Origin: Paludibacteraceae bacterium
Lineage (GTDB): Bacteria; Bacteroidota; Bacteroidia; Bacteroidales; Paludibacteraceae
DNA length: 64,000 nt
Direction of reading: 5' to 3'
Assembly (NCBI GenBank): GCA_045587145.1
Contig: JAZNBO010000038.1
Span: 4,275-68,274, forward strand
The translations under genes were made by a program, and so were the position numbers. The notes beneath the pieces were generated by a model. That model made no database searches, was not told the origin of the DNA, and worked only from the letters and a program-made list of their open reading frames with translations. Below, one piece after another: positions 25,476 through 35,043 of the stretch. How positions within the stretch are numbered: position 1 is the stretch's first letter; every line of letters starts with the position of its first letter.

Positions 25476-27251
25476 ATGAAAAACGAAGAATTGGAAAAAG
25501 TATTGGCAGTTGCTGAGCAATGGACCAAAGCGCCTTATGATGTGGAGACACAAGAGGCAGTGAAAGCAATGATTGAGGCGGAGGATAAGACCGAACTTAT
25601 TGATAGCTTCTATCGTACCTTGGAGTTTGGTACAGGTGGATTGCGTGGCATCATGGGTCCTGGTACCAACCGTATGAATCAATATGTGGTGGCACAAGCT
25701 ACACAAGGTTATGCCAACTATATGTTAAAAGTGCAAAAAGAAGGTGGATTCGAGACTCTGAAAGGTGACACCGTGAGCGTTGTAGTAGGTCATGACTGCC
25801 GAAACAATGGTCGTTTGTTTGCAGAAACAGTAGCAAAAGTGTTTGCTGCAAATGGTATCAAAGTGTATCTCTTCGAGAGCTTGCGCCCAACACCAGAGGT
25901 AAGTTTCGCTATTCGCCACTTGTCAGCACAAGGTGGTGTGAACGTAACAGCAAGTCACAACCCAAAAGAGTATAATGGCTACAAAGCATATTGGGAGGAC
26001 GGAAGTCAAGTACTTCAACCACACGATCAAGGTATCATTGATGAGGTGAATAAAGTAACTATGGCAGATGTGAAGATGTCTGGCAATGAGCACCTTATTG
26101 AGATTATCGGTGGCGAGATGGACTACGATTATATGCAAGCGGTTAAGACCGTTATGATTGATCAAGAGAGTATCTTACGCCAAAAAGACCTCAATATCGT
26201 TTATACCCCTCTCCATGGCGCAGGTCGTCAAATTATCCCAATGTGCTTGCGCTCTTGGGGTTTCGAGAATATTCACGTAGTACCTGAGCAAATGGTTATC
26301 GATGGCAATTTCTCTACCGTGCAAAGTCCTAATCCAGAGAATGTGGAGGCTATGACTATGGGTATGAATCTCGGTACTGAACTCAATGCTGATTTGGTGA
26401 TCGCTTCTGACCCAGATGCTGACCGTTTGGCTATTGTATGTCGCAACGATAAGGGTGAGTGGACCATTATCAATGGTAATCAAACCTGTATGATGTACTG
26501 CTATTACATCATTAACAATATGAAGAAACTCGGCAAACTTCGCCCAGAGCACTACCTCGTTAAAACAATCGTTACTAGCGAGTTAATCCGCAAAATGGCA
26601 GATGCTCAAGGTGTAACTTTGACCGACGAATACACTGGCTTCAAGTGGATTGCTAACCGTATCCGCGAGTGGGAAGGCACACGCAAATATATTGGTGGTG
26701 GCGAAGAGAGTTTCGGTTTCTTGCCTTACGATGCAGTACGCGATAAATGTTCGCCTTCTGCTATCTGCCTCATTTGCGAGATTGCTGCATACGCAAAGGA
26801 CAACGGCATGACTCTCTATGACTATCTTTTGAATATCTATATGGAGTATGGTTTCCAACGTGAGACTACTATTAACGTGGTTCGTCCTGGAAAATCAGGT
26901 GCGGAGGAGATTCAAGCTATGATGGTGAACTTCCGTCAAAATCCTCCTATGGAGATTGCAGGTGATAAGGTAGTGAAGATTAAAGACTTTGGTACCCTCG
27001 TTCAAAAAGAGGTTGTGAATGGCGAGTGGGTGGAGACACCTATCGTGATGGCACTTGGCGCAAAGAGCAATGTACTGCAATACTTCACCGAAGGTGGCAT
27101 GAAGATTTCTGTTCGCCCAAGTGGTACAGAGCCAAAGATTAAGTTCTACTTCGAGATTCCTGCTGTGATGGAGACCCCTGCGGATTACGACAAAGCAACC
27201 GCAGAAGCAGAGGCAAAAGTGCCTGCCATTAAAGCAAGCATGGGAATTTGA
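25476..27251 (+). CDS. Phosphoglucomutase/phosphomannomutase-family phospho-sugar mutase
   Basis: Active-site TASHNPKEYNGYK; metal loop ASDPDADR; 591 aa. Confidence 0.9.
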   Translation: MKNEELEKVLAVAEQWTKAPYDVETQEAVKAMIEAEDKTELIDSFYRTLEFGTGGLRGIMGPGTNRMNQYVVAQATQGYANYMLKVQKEGGFETLKGDTVSVVVGHDCRNNGRLFAETVAKVFAANGIKVYLFESLRPTPEVSFAIRHLSAQGGVNVTASHNPKEYNGYKAYWEDGSQVLQPHDQGIIDEVNKVTMADVKMSGNEHLIEIIGGEMDYDYMQAVKTVMIDQESILRQKDLNIVYTPLHGAGRQIIPMCLRSWGFENIHVVPEQMVIDGNFSTVQSPNPENVEAMTMGMNLGTELNADLVIASDPDADRLAIVCRNDKGEWTIINGNQTCMMYCYYIINNMKKLGKLRPEHYLVKTIVTSELIRKMADAQGVTLTDEYTGFKWIANRIREWEGTRKYIGGGEESFGFLPYDAVRDKCSPSAICLICEIAAYAKDNGMTLYDYLLNIYMEYGFQRETTINVVRPGKSGAEEIQAMMVNFRQNPPMEIAGDKVVKIKDFGTLVQKEVVNGEWVETPIVMALGAKSNVLQYFTEGGMKISVRPSGTEPKIKFYFEIPAVMETPADYDKATAEAEAKVPAIKASMGI

Positions 27252-27269
27252 TAATAACTCTCTAAACTA

Positions 27270-27299
27270 AAAAAATGCACTCGGAAGGGTGCATTTTTT
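27270..27299. terminator. Intrinsic terminator after the mutase gene
   Basis: AAAAAATGCACTC-GGAA-GGGTGCATTTTTT. Confidence 0.8.
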
Positions 27300-27373
27300 G
27301 TTGTGGGGGGAGGTTGTTGAAAGGTGTTGAAAGTCTGTGAGATGTGAGGAGGAAGTCATGGTGATTATTCGGT

Positions 27374-27421
27374 GAAGTTCCTATGAAGTTCCTATGAAGA
27401 TCCTATGAAGTTCCTATGAAA
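27374..27421. repeat. Tandem 11-bp repeat GAAGTTCCTAT x4 (third copy GAAGATCCTAT)
   Basis: Read directly. Confidence 0.95.
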
Positions 27422-27459
27422 GCAAGGGGCAGATAAGAGGCAAAATGAGAGAATAGGAA

Positions 27460-27496
27460 ATTAAGAATTATGAATTTTGTATTAAGAATTATGAAT
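27460..27496. repeat. Direct repeat ATTAAGAATTATGAAT x2 (21-bp period)
   Basis: Read directly. Confidence 0.9.
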
Positions 27497-27506
27497 AAGG
27501 ATGAGG

Positions 27507-28349
27507 CTATAACTCAATATGGTGAGCGGTGATAGGTTCGGAGAGGAAGATGGATGCCGACTCGGAGAATTTTGTGGCAGACTCAGTGGTGAGGTAGGTG
27601 ACAGCTTGTTTTTCTCCCTTTTGAGCGTGCTCAGCGATGTCGGGATGGCGTAGAAGGTAGTCTTGCAGGCTGTTGGCTACGATTGCCCCTTGTGCAATAA
27701 CAGATATGTGGCTATTGGCGATTGGCGATTGGCTATGGGAAATGGAAGAAAGAAAGGCTTCAATCTTGGGTTGGAGTAGGGGGTAGTGGGTGCAGCCGAG
27801 AATGATAGTGTCAATCAGTGGATCGCGAGTGAGGAGCTCGGTGAGGTATTTCTCAACGAAATAATCAGCACCAGAATGCAGATGTTCACCTGATTCAATC
27901 AGAGGTACCCACATCGGACACGCTTGTTGGGTGATGGTTAGGGTGGGGTCCTGTTTAAGCAACTCGATGATATAACTCTCGGAGGCTACCGTGCCAGGGG
28001 TAGCAAGAACGCCAATATGCTTGGTGCGAGTGCGCTGCGGTACAACTTCTACCGTAGGGCGGATAACACCTAAGACACGAAGCTCATCAGGATTGATATT
28101 GCGCTGTTGGATAGTGCGAAGTGCCTTAGCACTAGCCGTATTACAAGCGAGAATGATAAGATTGCAGCCTTGTTGGTGGAGATAATTAACAGCTTGAAGG
28201 GTATATTCGTAAATGACATCAAATGAGCGTGTTCCGTATGGCGCACGAGCATTATCGCCCAGGTAGAGATAATCGTACTGGGGGAGATGTTGGCGAATGT
28301 GATTGAGAATCGTTAGTCCGCCGTAACCACTGTCAAATATACCTATCAT
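27507..28349 (-). CDS. murI: Glutamate racemase
   Basis: IGIFDSGYGGLT, LACNTAS and LGCTHYP motifs; ATG 28349 preferred, since the tracked ORF's 41-aa N-terminal extension runs through the promoter. Confidence 0.9.
   Translation of the reverse strand: MIGIFDSGYGGLTILNHIRQHLPQYDYLYLGDNARAPYGTRSFDVIYEYTLQAVNYLHQQGCNLIILACNTASAKALRTIQQRNINPDELRVLGVIRPTVEVVPQRTRTKHIGVLATPGTVASESYIIELLKQDPTLTITQQACPMWVPLIESGEHLHSGADYFVEKYLTELLTRDPLIDTIILGCTHYPLLQPKIEAFLSSISHSQSPIANSHISVIAQGAIVANSLQDYLLRHPDIAEHAQKGEKQAVTYLTTESATKFSESASIFLSEPITAHHIEL
27709..27739. repeat. GGCTATTG/GGCGATTG 8-bp array in frame inside murI (encodes HSQSPIANSHIS)
   Basis: TGGCTATTGGCGATTGGCGATTGGCTATGGG. Confidence 0.85.
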
Positions 28350-28352
28350 TTG

Positions 28353-28386
28353 ATGTAAAGTGTAAGGTGTAAAGTGTAAAGGCACG
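28353..28386. repeat. 7-bp TGTAAAG/TGTAAGG array in the murI 5' leader
   Basis: ATGTAAAGTGTAAGGTGTAAAGTGTAAAGGCACGG. Confidence 0.85.
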
Positions 28387-28397
28387 GATTTTTCGCC

Positions 28398-28435
28398 GCA
28401 AAGGTACAAAAAATAAATAAAATGCGCAAATAATT
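28398..28435 (-). promoter_or_regulatory. Bacteroidota promoter for murI
   Basis: Plus-strand CAAAGGTA at 28399-28406; the -33 region overlaps the dnaN -33. Confidence 0.65.
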
Positions 28436-28466
28436 TGCATAAATGGTATTTTTTTTGTAACTTTGC
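28432..28466 (+). promoter_or_regulatory. Bacteroidota promoter for dnaN
   Basis: ATTTGCATAAATGG, spacer, then TAACTTTG at 28458-28465. Confidence 0.7.
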
Positions 28467-28505
28467 AGGCAAAATTAAAAAGTATATAATTAAAACTAGA
28501 AGAAT

Positions 28506-29627
28506 ATGAAATTTAATGTATCAAGCTCGAAATTGTTTGCTCAATTGCAAGCAGTGAGTCGTGTGATTGCTGCAAAAAATAGTTTGCAGATTTTGGAAGC
28601 CGTGTTGTTTGATCTCGAAGGCGATGTACTGACCTTAACCGCGTCTGATAGCGAGACAACTATCCGTACTTCTTTGACCGTGGAAGACGCACAAGGTGCA
28701 GGAAAAGTGGCTGTGGGTGGCAAATTGCTATTGGAAACATTGAAAGAGTTCTCTGAGCAACCGCTGACATTCCAAATAAATGAACAAAACTTTGGTTTGA
28801 ATATTACTAGCGCAAATGGTACATATAGTTTCGTAGGTGCCAATGGCTTGGAGTATCCAGAAATGCCTGTGGAAGATGGAGATAATACATTCTCAATGCC
28901 TTCTAACGTGCTGCTTGATGCTATCAATAAAACGATATTCTGCACCGCAGAAGATCCATTGCGCCCAGTGATGAATGGTATCTATTTTGATCTCAATGAG
29001 GAGAAGATAGCATTGGTAGCGACAGATGCACATCGTTTGGTTCGTTATACCAATGAAAGCGTAAAGGGTTCGCAAGCAGTAAGTTTTATTTTGCCAAAAA
29101 AACCTGCACAATTGCTCAAACAAGTGCTGCAAAAAGAGGCTGAGGAAGTGAAAGTGACCTTTGGTCAAAAAAACGCCAAGTTTGAGTTTGGCTCAACGGT
29201 GATGATTTGCCGCCAAATTGAGGGCCGTTTCCCTAATTACAATGCAGTAATCCCACAAAACAATACAAACAAGGTGTTGGTAGATCGTCAAACAATCGTC
29301 AATGCTTGCAAACGTGTAGCCGTATTTGCACACACGGGTACTAGTTTGTTGAAATTGGCGTTGAGCGAGAACCAAATCAAGATTTCAGCACAAGATATTG
29401 ACTTCTCTACTTCGGCAGAGGAAACAATTAGTTGTGATTACAACGGAATGCCAATGGCAATCGGTTTTAAGGCTCCTTTCTTGATTGAGATCTTGTCGAA
29501 TGTGGCTTCACAAGAAGTGGTGCTTCAATTGGCTGACCCTGCTCGTGCTGGTTTGATCTTGCCAGCTGAGAATGAAGAGGGACAAGATTTGTTGATCCTA
29601 TTAATGCCAATGCTTTTGAACGATTGA
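28506..29627 (+). CDS. dnaN: DNA polymerase III beta sliding clamp
   Basis: 373 aa; MKFNVSSSKLFAQLQAVSRVI N-terminus; three-domain length; LMPMLLN C-terminus. Confidence 0.9.
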   Translation: MKFNVSSSKLFAQLQAVSRVIAAKNSLQILEAVLFDLEGDVLTLTASDSETTIRTSLTVEDAQGAGKVAVGGKLLLETLKEFSEQPLTFQINEQNFGLNITSANGTYSFVGANGLEYPEMPVEDGDNTFSMPSNVLLDAINKTIFCTAEDPLRPVMNGIYFDLNEEKIALVATDAHRLVRYTNESVKGSQAVSFILPKKPAQLLKQVLQKEAEEVKVTFGQKNAKFEFGSTVMICRQIEGRFPNYNAVIPQNNTNKVLVDRQTIVNACKRVAVFAHTGTSLLKLALSENQIKISAQDIDFSTSAEETISCDYNGMPMAIGFKAPFLIEILSNVASQEVVLQLADPARAGLILPAENEEGQDLLILLMPMLLND

Positions 29628-30418
29628 TGAAATTGCAATTAACTCGCCCGTTGGTATTCTTTGATTTGGAAACGACGGGACTAAATATCGCATCTGACAG
29701 GATTGTCGAACTGAGTTATTATAAGGTCTTTCCTAACGGCACATCGGAGGGAAAGACCTTCCGTGTCAAACCTGTGCAAATGATGTTAGGACAAGAAGTG
29801 CAGTTGCATATCTCGGAAGAGGCGAGTGCAGTGCATGGTATTTATGATGAGGATTTAGTGAATTGCCCTACGTTCAAGGAAATTGCTCCGGAGTTAGTAA
29901 GAGTGCTAGAAGATGCTGATTTGGCGGGATATAACTCCAATCACTTTGACTTGCCTTTGCTGGCGGAAGAGATGATGCGAGCAGGTGTGGACATTGATTT
30001 GAAGAAGAAAAAGATGGTAGACGTGTTTACCATTTTCCAACGTCAAGAACCACGCAACTTGGTGGCAGCATACAAGTTCTACTGCGGAAAGGATTTGACC
30101 AACGCACACTCAGCCGATGCTGATACAATGGCTACATACGAGGTGTTGATGGCGCAGTTGGAGAAGTATGATATACCTATGGATGTAGATGGACTGGCGG
30201 AGTTTACTGCTGGAAATGCCCGTTTGGCGGACTTTGCAGGACGTATTGCGTATGATGCGCAAGGTGTGGAGATATTCAACTTTGGAAAATATAAGGGCCA
30301 ACGTGTAGTAGATGTGTTCCGTCGTGATATAGGCTATTACGGTTGGATTCAGCAGGGAGACTTCCCTCAATATACAAAGAATGTCTTTACGCGTATCTAT
30401 CTTAGTATGCGCAAATAA
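29624..30418 (+). CDS. DnaQ-like 3'-5' exonuclease (Pol III epsilon family)
   Basis: Exo motifs FFDLETTGL, GYNSNHFDLPLL and HSADADTMATYEV; ATGA overlap with dnaN. Confidence 0.8.
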   Translation: MMKLQLTRPLVFFDLETTGLNIASDRIVELSYYKVFPNGTSEGKTFRVKPVQMMLGQEVQLHISEEASAVHGIYDEDLVNCPTFKEIAPELVRVLEDADLAGYNSNHFDLPLLAEEMMRAGVDIDLKKKKMVDVFTIFQRQEPRNLVAAYKFYCGKDLTNAHSADADTMATYEVLMAQLEKYDIPMDVDGLAEFTAGNARLADFAGRIAYDAQGVEIFNFGKYKGQRVVDVFRRDIGYYGWIQQGDFPQYTKNVFTRIYLSMRK

Positions 30419-30453
30419 CCATTCTATACAACCCTATATTACCCTATATAACA
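30419..30453. repeat. 10-bp-phased CTATACA/CTATATA array (C/A strand) just upstream of the rnz start
   Basis: CCATTCTATACAACCCTATATTACCCTATATAACA. Confidence 0.75.
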
Positions 30454-31236
30454 TTGAATAATACTCTCACCATATTAGGTTGCGGTAGCGCGATGCCGAC
30501 GTTTCAGAACTCGCCCTCTGGGCAGATTGTTGAATTGTGCGACAAGTCGTTTTTGGTGGACTGTGGAGAAGGTACACAGTTAAAAATGCGACAATTAGGA
30601 GTGAAGACAGCACGGTTGTACACAGTGTTGATTTCGCATCTGCATGGCGATCACTGCTTCGGATTGATAGGGTTGATTTCTACATTGGGTATGATGGGTA
30701 GGACGCAGCCATTGCATATTTATGCGCATGGCGATTTGGAAAAACTATTGCGCCCCTGGTTGGACTATCATTGTCAAGATATGTCGTATGAGATTGTCTT
30801 TCACACCATTAACCCACGTAAGCGTGAGGTGATTTTTGAAGATAGAACACTGACGATTGAGACGATTCCGTTGAAACATAAGGTGCCGACTTGTGGGTTC
30901 TTGTTTACGGAACATCACCGAGATAGCGAACCTCGCAAACGCTATGCTTATTGTTCGGATACGGCATATAGAGAGCAGATTGTGGAGCAGATTGCAGGAG
31001 TCGAGGTGCTATATCATGAGGCAACCTATACAGAAAAAGATGCGGATAAATGCAAGAAATATACCCATTCGACAGCTAAGCATGCAGCGCAAATAGCTAA
31101 ATTGGCGGAGGTAAGAAAGTTGATTATAGGGCATTTTAGTGCTCGCGAAGATGACCATACAGTATATTTGAACGAGGCGCAAGAGGTTTTTGCCAATACC
31201 ATATTGGCAGAAGAATGTAAGATAATAGAAATATAA
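30454..31236 (+). CDS. rnz: RNase Z-like MBL-fold hydrolase, short form lacking the flexible-arm segment
   Basis: LGCGSAMPT, SHLHGDH and GHFSARE motifs; 260 aa; TTG start. Confidence 0.7.
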   Translation: MNNTLTILGCGSAMPTFQNSPSGQIVELCDKSFLVDCGEGTQLKMRQLGVKTARLYTVLISHLHGDHCFGLIGLISTLGMMGRTQPLHIYAHGDLEKLLRPWLDYHCQDMSYEIVFHTINPRKREVIFEDRTLTIETIPLKHKVPTCGFLFTEHHRDSEPRKRYAYCSDTAYREQIVEQIAGVEVLYHEATYTEKDADKCKKYTHSTAKHAAQIAKLAEVRKLIIGHFSAREDDHTVYLNEAQEVFANTILAEECKIIEI

Positions 31237-32595
31237 ATGGCAAAAGTTTCAACGCAATATATCTGTTCCAACTGCGGAGCTAAAGCTCCTCAGATGATTG
31301 GTCGTTGCCCTGTGTGTGGCGAGTGGGGGACATACGAAGAGGAGGTGAGCACAACTGTTTCCACAAAGAAGGGCGGCGTGGGCCTGCGACGAGGCGCGAC
31401 TGCACAGCGTTTGCATGAATTGGATGCGAAAGAGGAAATGCGAATAGATATGCATTCTTCGGAGTTGAATCGCGTGTTGGGTGGTGGATTGGTTCCTGGC
31501 AGCTTGGTGTTGTTGGGCGGAGAACCAGGAATAGGAAAGTCCACGTTGGCATTACAAGTGTTGCTGAAGATGGGGGAGAAAAAGACGCTTTATGCCAGTG
31601 GCGAGGAGAGCGCTAAGCAACTGAAACTGAGAGCAGAACGCTTGTCGGGAGATGCATCGAATTTGTATATTCTAGCAGAGACTTCGTTGGAGCGCATATT
31701 GGATAGCGTGACGGATATTCAGCCCGAGATAGTGGTGGTGGATAGTATTCAGACAATTGGCACAGAGGCTATTGAGGCAAGCATTGGAAGTTTGAGCCAA
31801 GTGCGTGAGTGCGCTGCTCGTATCCTGCAATATGCCAAAGAGAAGAATGTGCCTTTCATCATTGTTGGACATATTAACAAAGAAGGTTCGTTAGCTGGTC
31901 CCAAAGTGTTGGAACATATTGTGGATACAGTTTTGCAGTTTGAAGGCGACCAGCATTATGTGTATCGCATTCTACGGGCACAGAAAAACCGTTTCGGTAG
32001 TACGAGCGAGTTAGGTATCTTCCAAATGCAGCAAGATGGTTTGCGCGAAGTGGTTAATCCGAGCGAGTTGCTTTTGTCGAATAATCGTGAAGGTCTTTCG
32101 GGAATTGCTATTGCAGCGGCCGTAGAGGGAGTACGTCCGTTGTTGATTGAGGTTCAGGCATTGGTGGCAAGTGCAGCGTATGGAACACCACAACGCAGTA
32201 GTACCGGTTTTGATGGAAAGCGACTGAATATGTTGTTGGCAGTATTGGAGAAGCGTGTGGGATTCAAATTGATGCAGAAAGATGTGTTTGTGAATATCGC
32301 AGGTGGATTACGAGTGAATGATCCTGCAATAGATTTAGCAGTATTGGCGGCGGTGCTTTCATCGAATATGGATATAGCGTTAGACGAAGAAGTTTGCGTG
32401 ACGGGTGAGGTGGGATTGGCCGGTGAGATACGTCCGGTTAATCGTATTGATCAACGAATTAGAGAGGCGGAAAAGCTTGGTTTTCAGCAGATTATTGTTC
32501 CTGCAGGGCAGAAGTATAATGCGCACGACTTGAAGATAAAAGTAGTGGAAGTAAGTCGCGTGGCAGAGGCCCTCAAAATTTTATTCAAAAAATAA
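31237..32595 (+). CDS. radA: DNA repair protein RadA
   Basis: N-terminal Zn finger CSNCG...CPVCG; Walker A GGEPGIGKST; KNRFG motif; Lon-like C-terminus. Confidence 0.95.
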   Translation: MAKVSTQYICSNCGAKAPQMIGRCPVCGEWGTYEEEVSTTVSTKKGGVGLRRGATAQRLHELDAKEEMRIDMHSSELNRVLGGGLVPGSLVLLGGEPGIGKSTLALQVLLKMGEKKTLYASGEESAKQLKLRAERLSGDASNLYILAETSLERILDSVTDIQPEIVVVDSIQTIGTEAIEASIGSLSQVRECAARILQYAKEKNVPFIIVGHINKEGSLAGPKVLEHIVDTVLQFEGDQHYVYRILRAQKNRFGSTSELGIFQMQQDGLREVVNPSELLLSNNREGLSGIAIAAAVEGVRPLLIEVQALVASAAYGTPQRSSTGFDGKRLNMLLAVLEKRVGFKLMQKDVFVNIAGGLRVNDPAIDLAVLAAVLSSNMDIALDEEVCVTGEVGLAGEIRPVNRIDQRIREAEKLGFQQIIVPAGQKYNAHDLKIKVVEVSRVAEALKILFKK

Positions 32596-32638
32596 TTTGC
32601 ATATATCAAAAAAAAGTAGTACCTTTGCAGGTCAAATC
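32596..32638 (+). promoter_or_regulatory. Bacteroidota promoter for the beta-barrel/uppS/bamA gene string
   Basis: TTTGCATATAT, spacer, then TACCTTTG at 32630-32637. Confidence 0.7.
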
Positions 32639-32670
32639 TGTATAAATATTAAAAACAATTAATAGTCGTT

Positions 32671-33468
32671 ATGAAAAAGAGTACATTTATTCTTGTGTTG
32701 CTGATGGCATTCGCTCCATTGTTGGTGAATGCGCAAACGCAAAACGTAGAGTTAGGATTGCAAGTTGGTGCAGGTTTCTTTTTAGGAAATACGAATCCTG
32801 CTGATGGTTATACACGTAGCAATGAGTTTGCTTGGATGCGTGATTCGGAAACTATGCCTGCGTTTGAAACATTTGGCGGAATAGTACGTTATCGTTTTGA
32901 TTATCGTTGGGCATTGCAAGCACAAGCTATGCGTCAACGTATGCGTTTTAAAGAGAGTACGGAAAACAAAGACTTGTATTTCTACAATGGAATGTGGAAT
33001 GTGGACTTGATGGCAGAGTTTAATTTCTTGAAATATGGCTTTGTGGAGAATCGCAATGCGAAAATTTATACGATAACTCCGTATGCAGCAGTGGGTATTG
33101 GTACTACTCTCTATAACAAAACGGCTACTTATCGTTGGGGATTGAATGACGGAAAGCGTAATACACCTTTCCCTGCGGTTAAAGCTAAGGACTTGGCGGG
33201 TGCATTGTATATTCCATTTGCTGCTGGTTTGAAATTGCGTATGGCGGCTAATTGGCAATTAAAGTTGGCTTGCCAATATAATTTGTATGTGTTGAATGGT
33301 AATCTTGATGGCAATACCGCGGGTACAGAAGCATATCCAAAGGGCGCTGGTGTGTCGTTTGATGGTACTCAATACAAAGCAGCAAGTACGCATAACATAG
33401 CTGTTACATTAGGAGTAATCTATAACCTCCCATCTAATGGTAAAGGTGGTGCAATGGTTAATTATTAA
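32671..33468 (+). CDS. Outer-membrane beta-barrel protein (DUF6089-like), paralog 1
   Basis: Signal peptide; alternating aromatic/hydrophobic beta-strand pattern; position upstream of uppS-bamA. Confidence 0.55.
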   Translation: MKKSTFILVLLMAFAPLLVNAQTQNVELGLQVGAGFFLGNTNPADGYTRSNEFAWMRDSETMPAFETFGGIVRYRFDYRWALQAQAMRQRMRFKESTENKDLYFYNGMWNVDLMAEFNFLKYGFVENRNAKIYTITPYAAVGIGTTLYNKTATYRWGLNDGKRNTPFPAVKAKDLAGALYIPFAAGLKLRMAANWQLKLACQYNLYVLNGNLDGNTAGTEAYPKGAGVSFDGTQYKAASTHNIAVTLGVIYNLPSNGKGGAMVNY

Positions 33469-33500
33469 TAGCGATTATTAATCCTCGTGGTAAATTAATA

Positions 33501-34289
33501 TTGTTGGTGCTGTGGTGGGGCGTTATGAGTCCTGCCATTGCGCGTGCTTCTATCACTGAGTTTCCTTGCGAAATAGGTGTGCAAGTAGGTTGCGGATATT
33601 ATGTGGGTGATGCTACGAAGATGATTTTCGCTACTCCTCGTGAGGTGTATGGTGTGCAAGCTCGATACAATTTCGATTCGCGTTGGGCAATGCAAATCAA
33701 AGCGCAACGCCATCGAATCGTGTATTCTTACACGCCCGAACCAACAACGGAAGTGCCTGCACCATTGAGTACGAAGTTTCAAAATCCAATGTGGAATTTT
33801 GATGTGACTGCTGAGTACAACTTCTTCCGTTTTGGACTTCATCCTTACGACTCTCGTGTTAAGCATGTTACCCCATTTATTGCTTTGGGAATTGGATTGA
33901 CAATGGTGAATAAGGAGGCAACAATCTATTCGTTGAAAGATTTAGTTTATCCACGTGTACAACTTAAAAAAGATGAGGGCGAGAAGGGAATTGATTTTGG
34001 AGGTTTCTATATCCCTATTTCCATTGGTGTGAAGTGGAGATTTGCTCCTCGTTGGCAACTGCAGGCGTGTTGGCAACACCAAATATATTTAAAAGATAAT
34101 ATTGAAGGATATATGCCTGGTTTGGATAAGATAAATGAAAAAGATCCATATCCGCATGCTATTTTGAACAATGCTGACGGTCTTAATGGTGTGAATATCC
34201 TTAATAACGACTTGACGTCCACGTTGACTGTAGGTGTTGTTTTTGAGTTCGGTCGTCGAGAAAAGCAGTGTTATTTTTGTGAAGATTAA
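33501..34289 (+). CDS. Outer-membrane beta-barrel protein (DUF6089-like), paralog 2
   Basis: Shares motifs with paralog 1 (RYxFDxRWA(L/M)Q, MWNxD..AE(F/Y)NF, PxxxGxKxRxAxxWQL); TTG start. Confidence 0.5.
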   Translation: MLVLWWGVMSPAIARASITEFPCEIGVQVGCGYYVGDATKMIFATPREVYGVQARYNFDSRWAMQIKAQRHRIVYSYTPEPTTEVPAPLSTKFQNPMWNFDVTAEYNFFRFGLHPYDSRVKHVTPFIALGIGLTMVNKEATIYSLKDLVYPRVQLKKDEGEKGIDFGGFYIPISIGVKWRFAPRWQLQACWQHQIYLKDNIEGYMPGLDKINEKDPYPHAILNNADGLNGVNILNNDLTSTLTVGVVFEFGRREKQCYFCED

Positions 34290-34302
34290 TGTTTCAAAAG
34301 AT

Positions 34303-35043
34303 ATGAGTTATAAAACCCAAATACAACCCAATCGTATTCCGCGGCATATTGCTATTATTATGGATGGCAATGGTCGTTGGGCGAAGCGCCAAGGTTTGGC
34401 TCGTATGTTTGGCCATCGCCAGGGCGTAGAGACGGTCCATCGTATTACAGAGGTGGCGGCTGAATTGGGGATAGAGTACCTCACATTGTATGCTTTTTCC
34501 ACTGAGAATTGGAACAGGCCTAAGGAGGAGGTTGATGCTCTAATGTCTTTATTAGTAGATACGATTGCTAAGGAGACTCCCACCTTGATGAAGAACAATA
34601 TCCGTCTTTCAACCATAGGTGATTTGGCTCGTCTGCCTGAAAATGCGCAACAAAAGTTCCGTGATTGTATGGAAGAAACTAGCAAGAATACGGGACTGAA
34701 TCTAGTGATTGCACTTAGTTATAGTGCGCGTTGGGAGATAATTCAAGCAACTCGCAATATCGCTTTGGCATTGCAACAAGGTACAATACTATTGGAGGAT
34801 ATCAATGAGGAACTCATTACTTCATCTTTGACTACCAAGCAAATGCCTGACCCCGATTTGCTGATTCGTACTAGTGGAGAGTTGCGCATCAGTAACTTCC
34901 TATTATGGCAGTTAGCGTACGCTGAATTGTATTTTACCGATTGCTTATGGCCTGAATTTACGGAAGAAGAATTTTATCGTGCCATCGTCGATTATCAACA
35001 TCGAGAAAGAAGATTTGGAAAGACCAGTGAACAAGTTCGTTAG
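34303..35043 (+). CDS. uppS: Di-trans,poly-cis-undecaprenyl-diphosphate synthase
   Basis: [22 protein letters not shown] and [15 protein letters not shown] motifs; ATG 34303. Confidence 0.9.
   Translation: MSYKTQIQPNRIPRHIAIIMDGNGRWAKRQGLARMFGHRQGVETVHRITEVAAELGIEYLTLYAFSTENWNRPKEEVDALMSLLVDTIAKETPTLMKNNIRLSTIGDLARLPENAQQKFRDCMEETSKNTGLNLVIALSYSARWEIIQATRNIALALQQGTILLEDINEELITSSLTTKQMPDPDLLIRTSGELRISNFLLWQLAYAELYFTDCLWPEFTEEEFYRAIVDYQHRERRFGKTSEQVR

Noticed and set aside
27374-27421. GAAGTTCCTAT x4 matches 11 nt of the yeast FLP recombinase target (FRT) arm, which raised the possibility of an engineered FRT scar.
   Set aside because: Only direct 11-bp repeats are present. There is no inverted arm, no 8-bp TCTAGAAA core and no flanking vector sequence. 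The repeat sits among several other unrelated micro-tandem repeats, so the match is most likely coincidence.
27507-28472. The tracked ORF starts give N-terminal extensions for murI (28472), korB (52331), uppS (34234), bamA (34979), the MFS gene (38742), rnfD (796), rnfG (1898) and rnfA (3239).
   Set aside because: The extensions run through promoters, repeats or the upstream gene, and they lack similarity to the expected protein N-termini. Internal starts give canonical N-termini (for example MIGIFDSGYGG for MurI and MEASQFKSNQY 2 nt after the korA stop).
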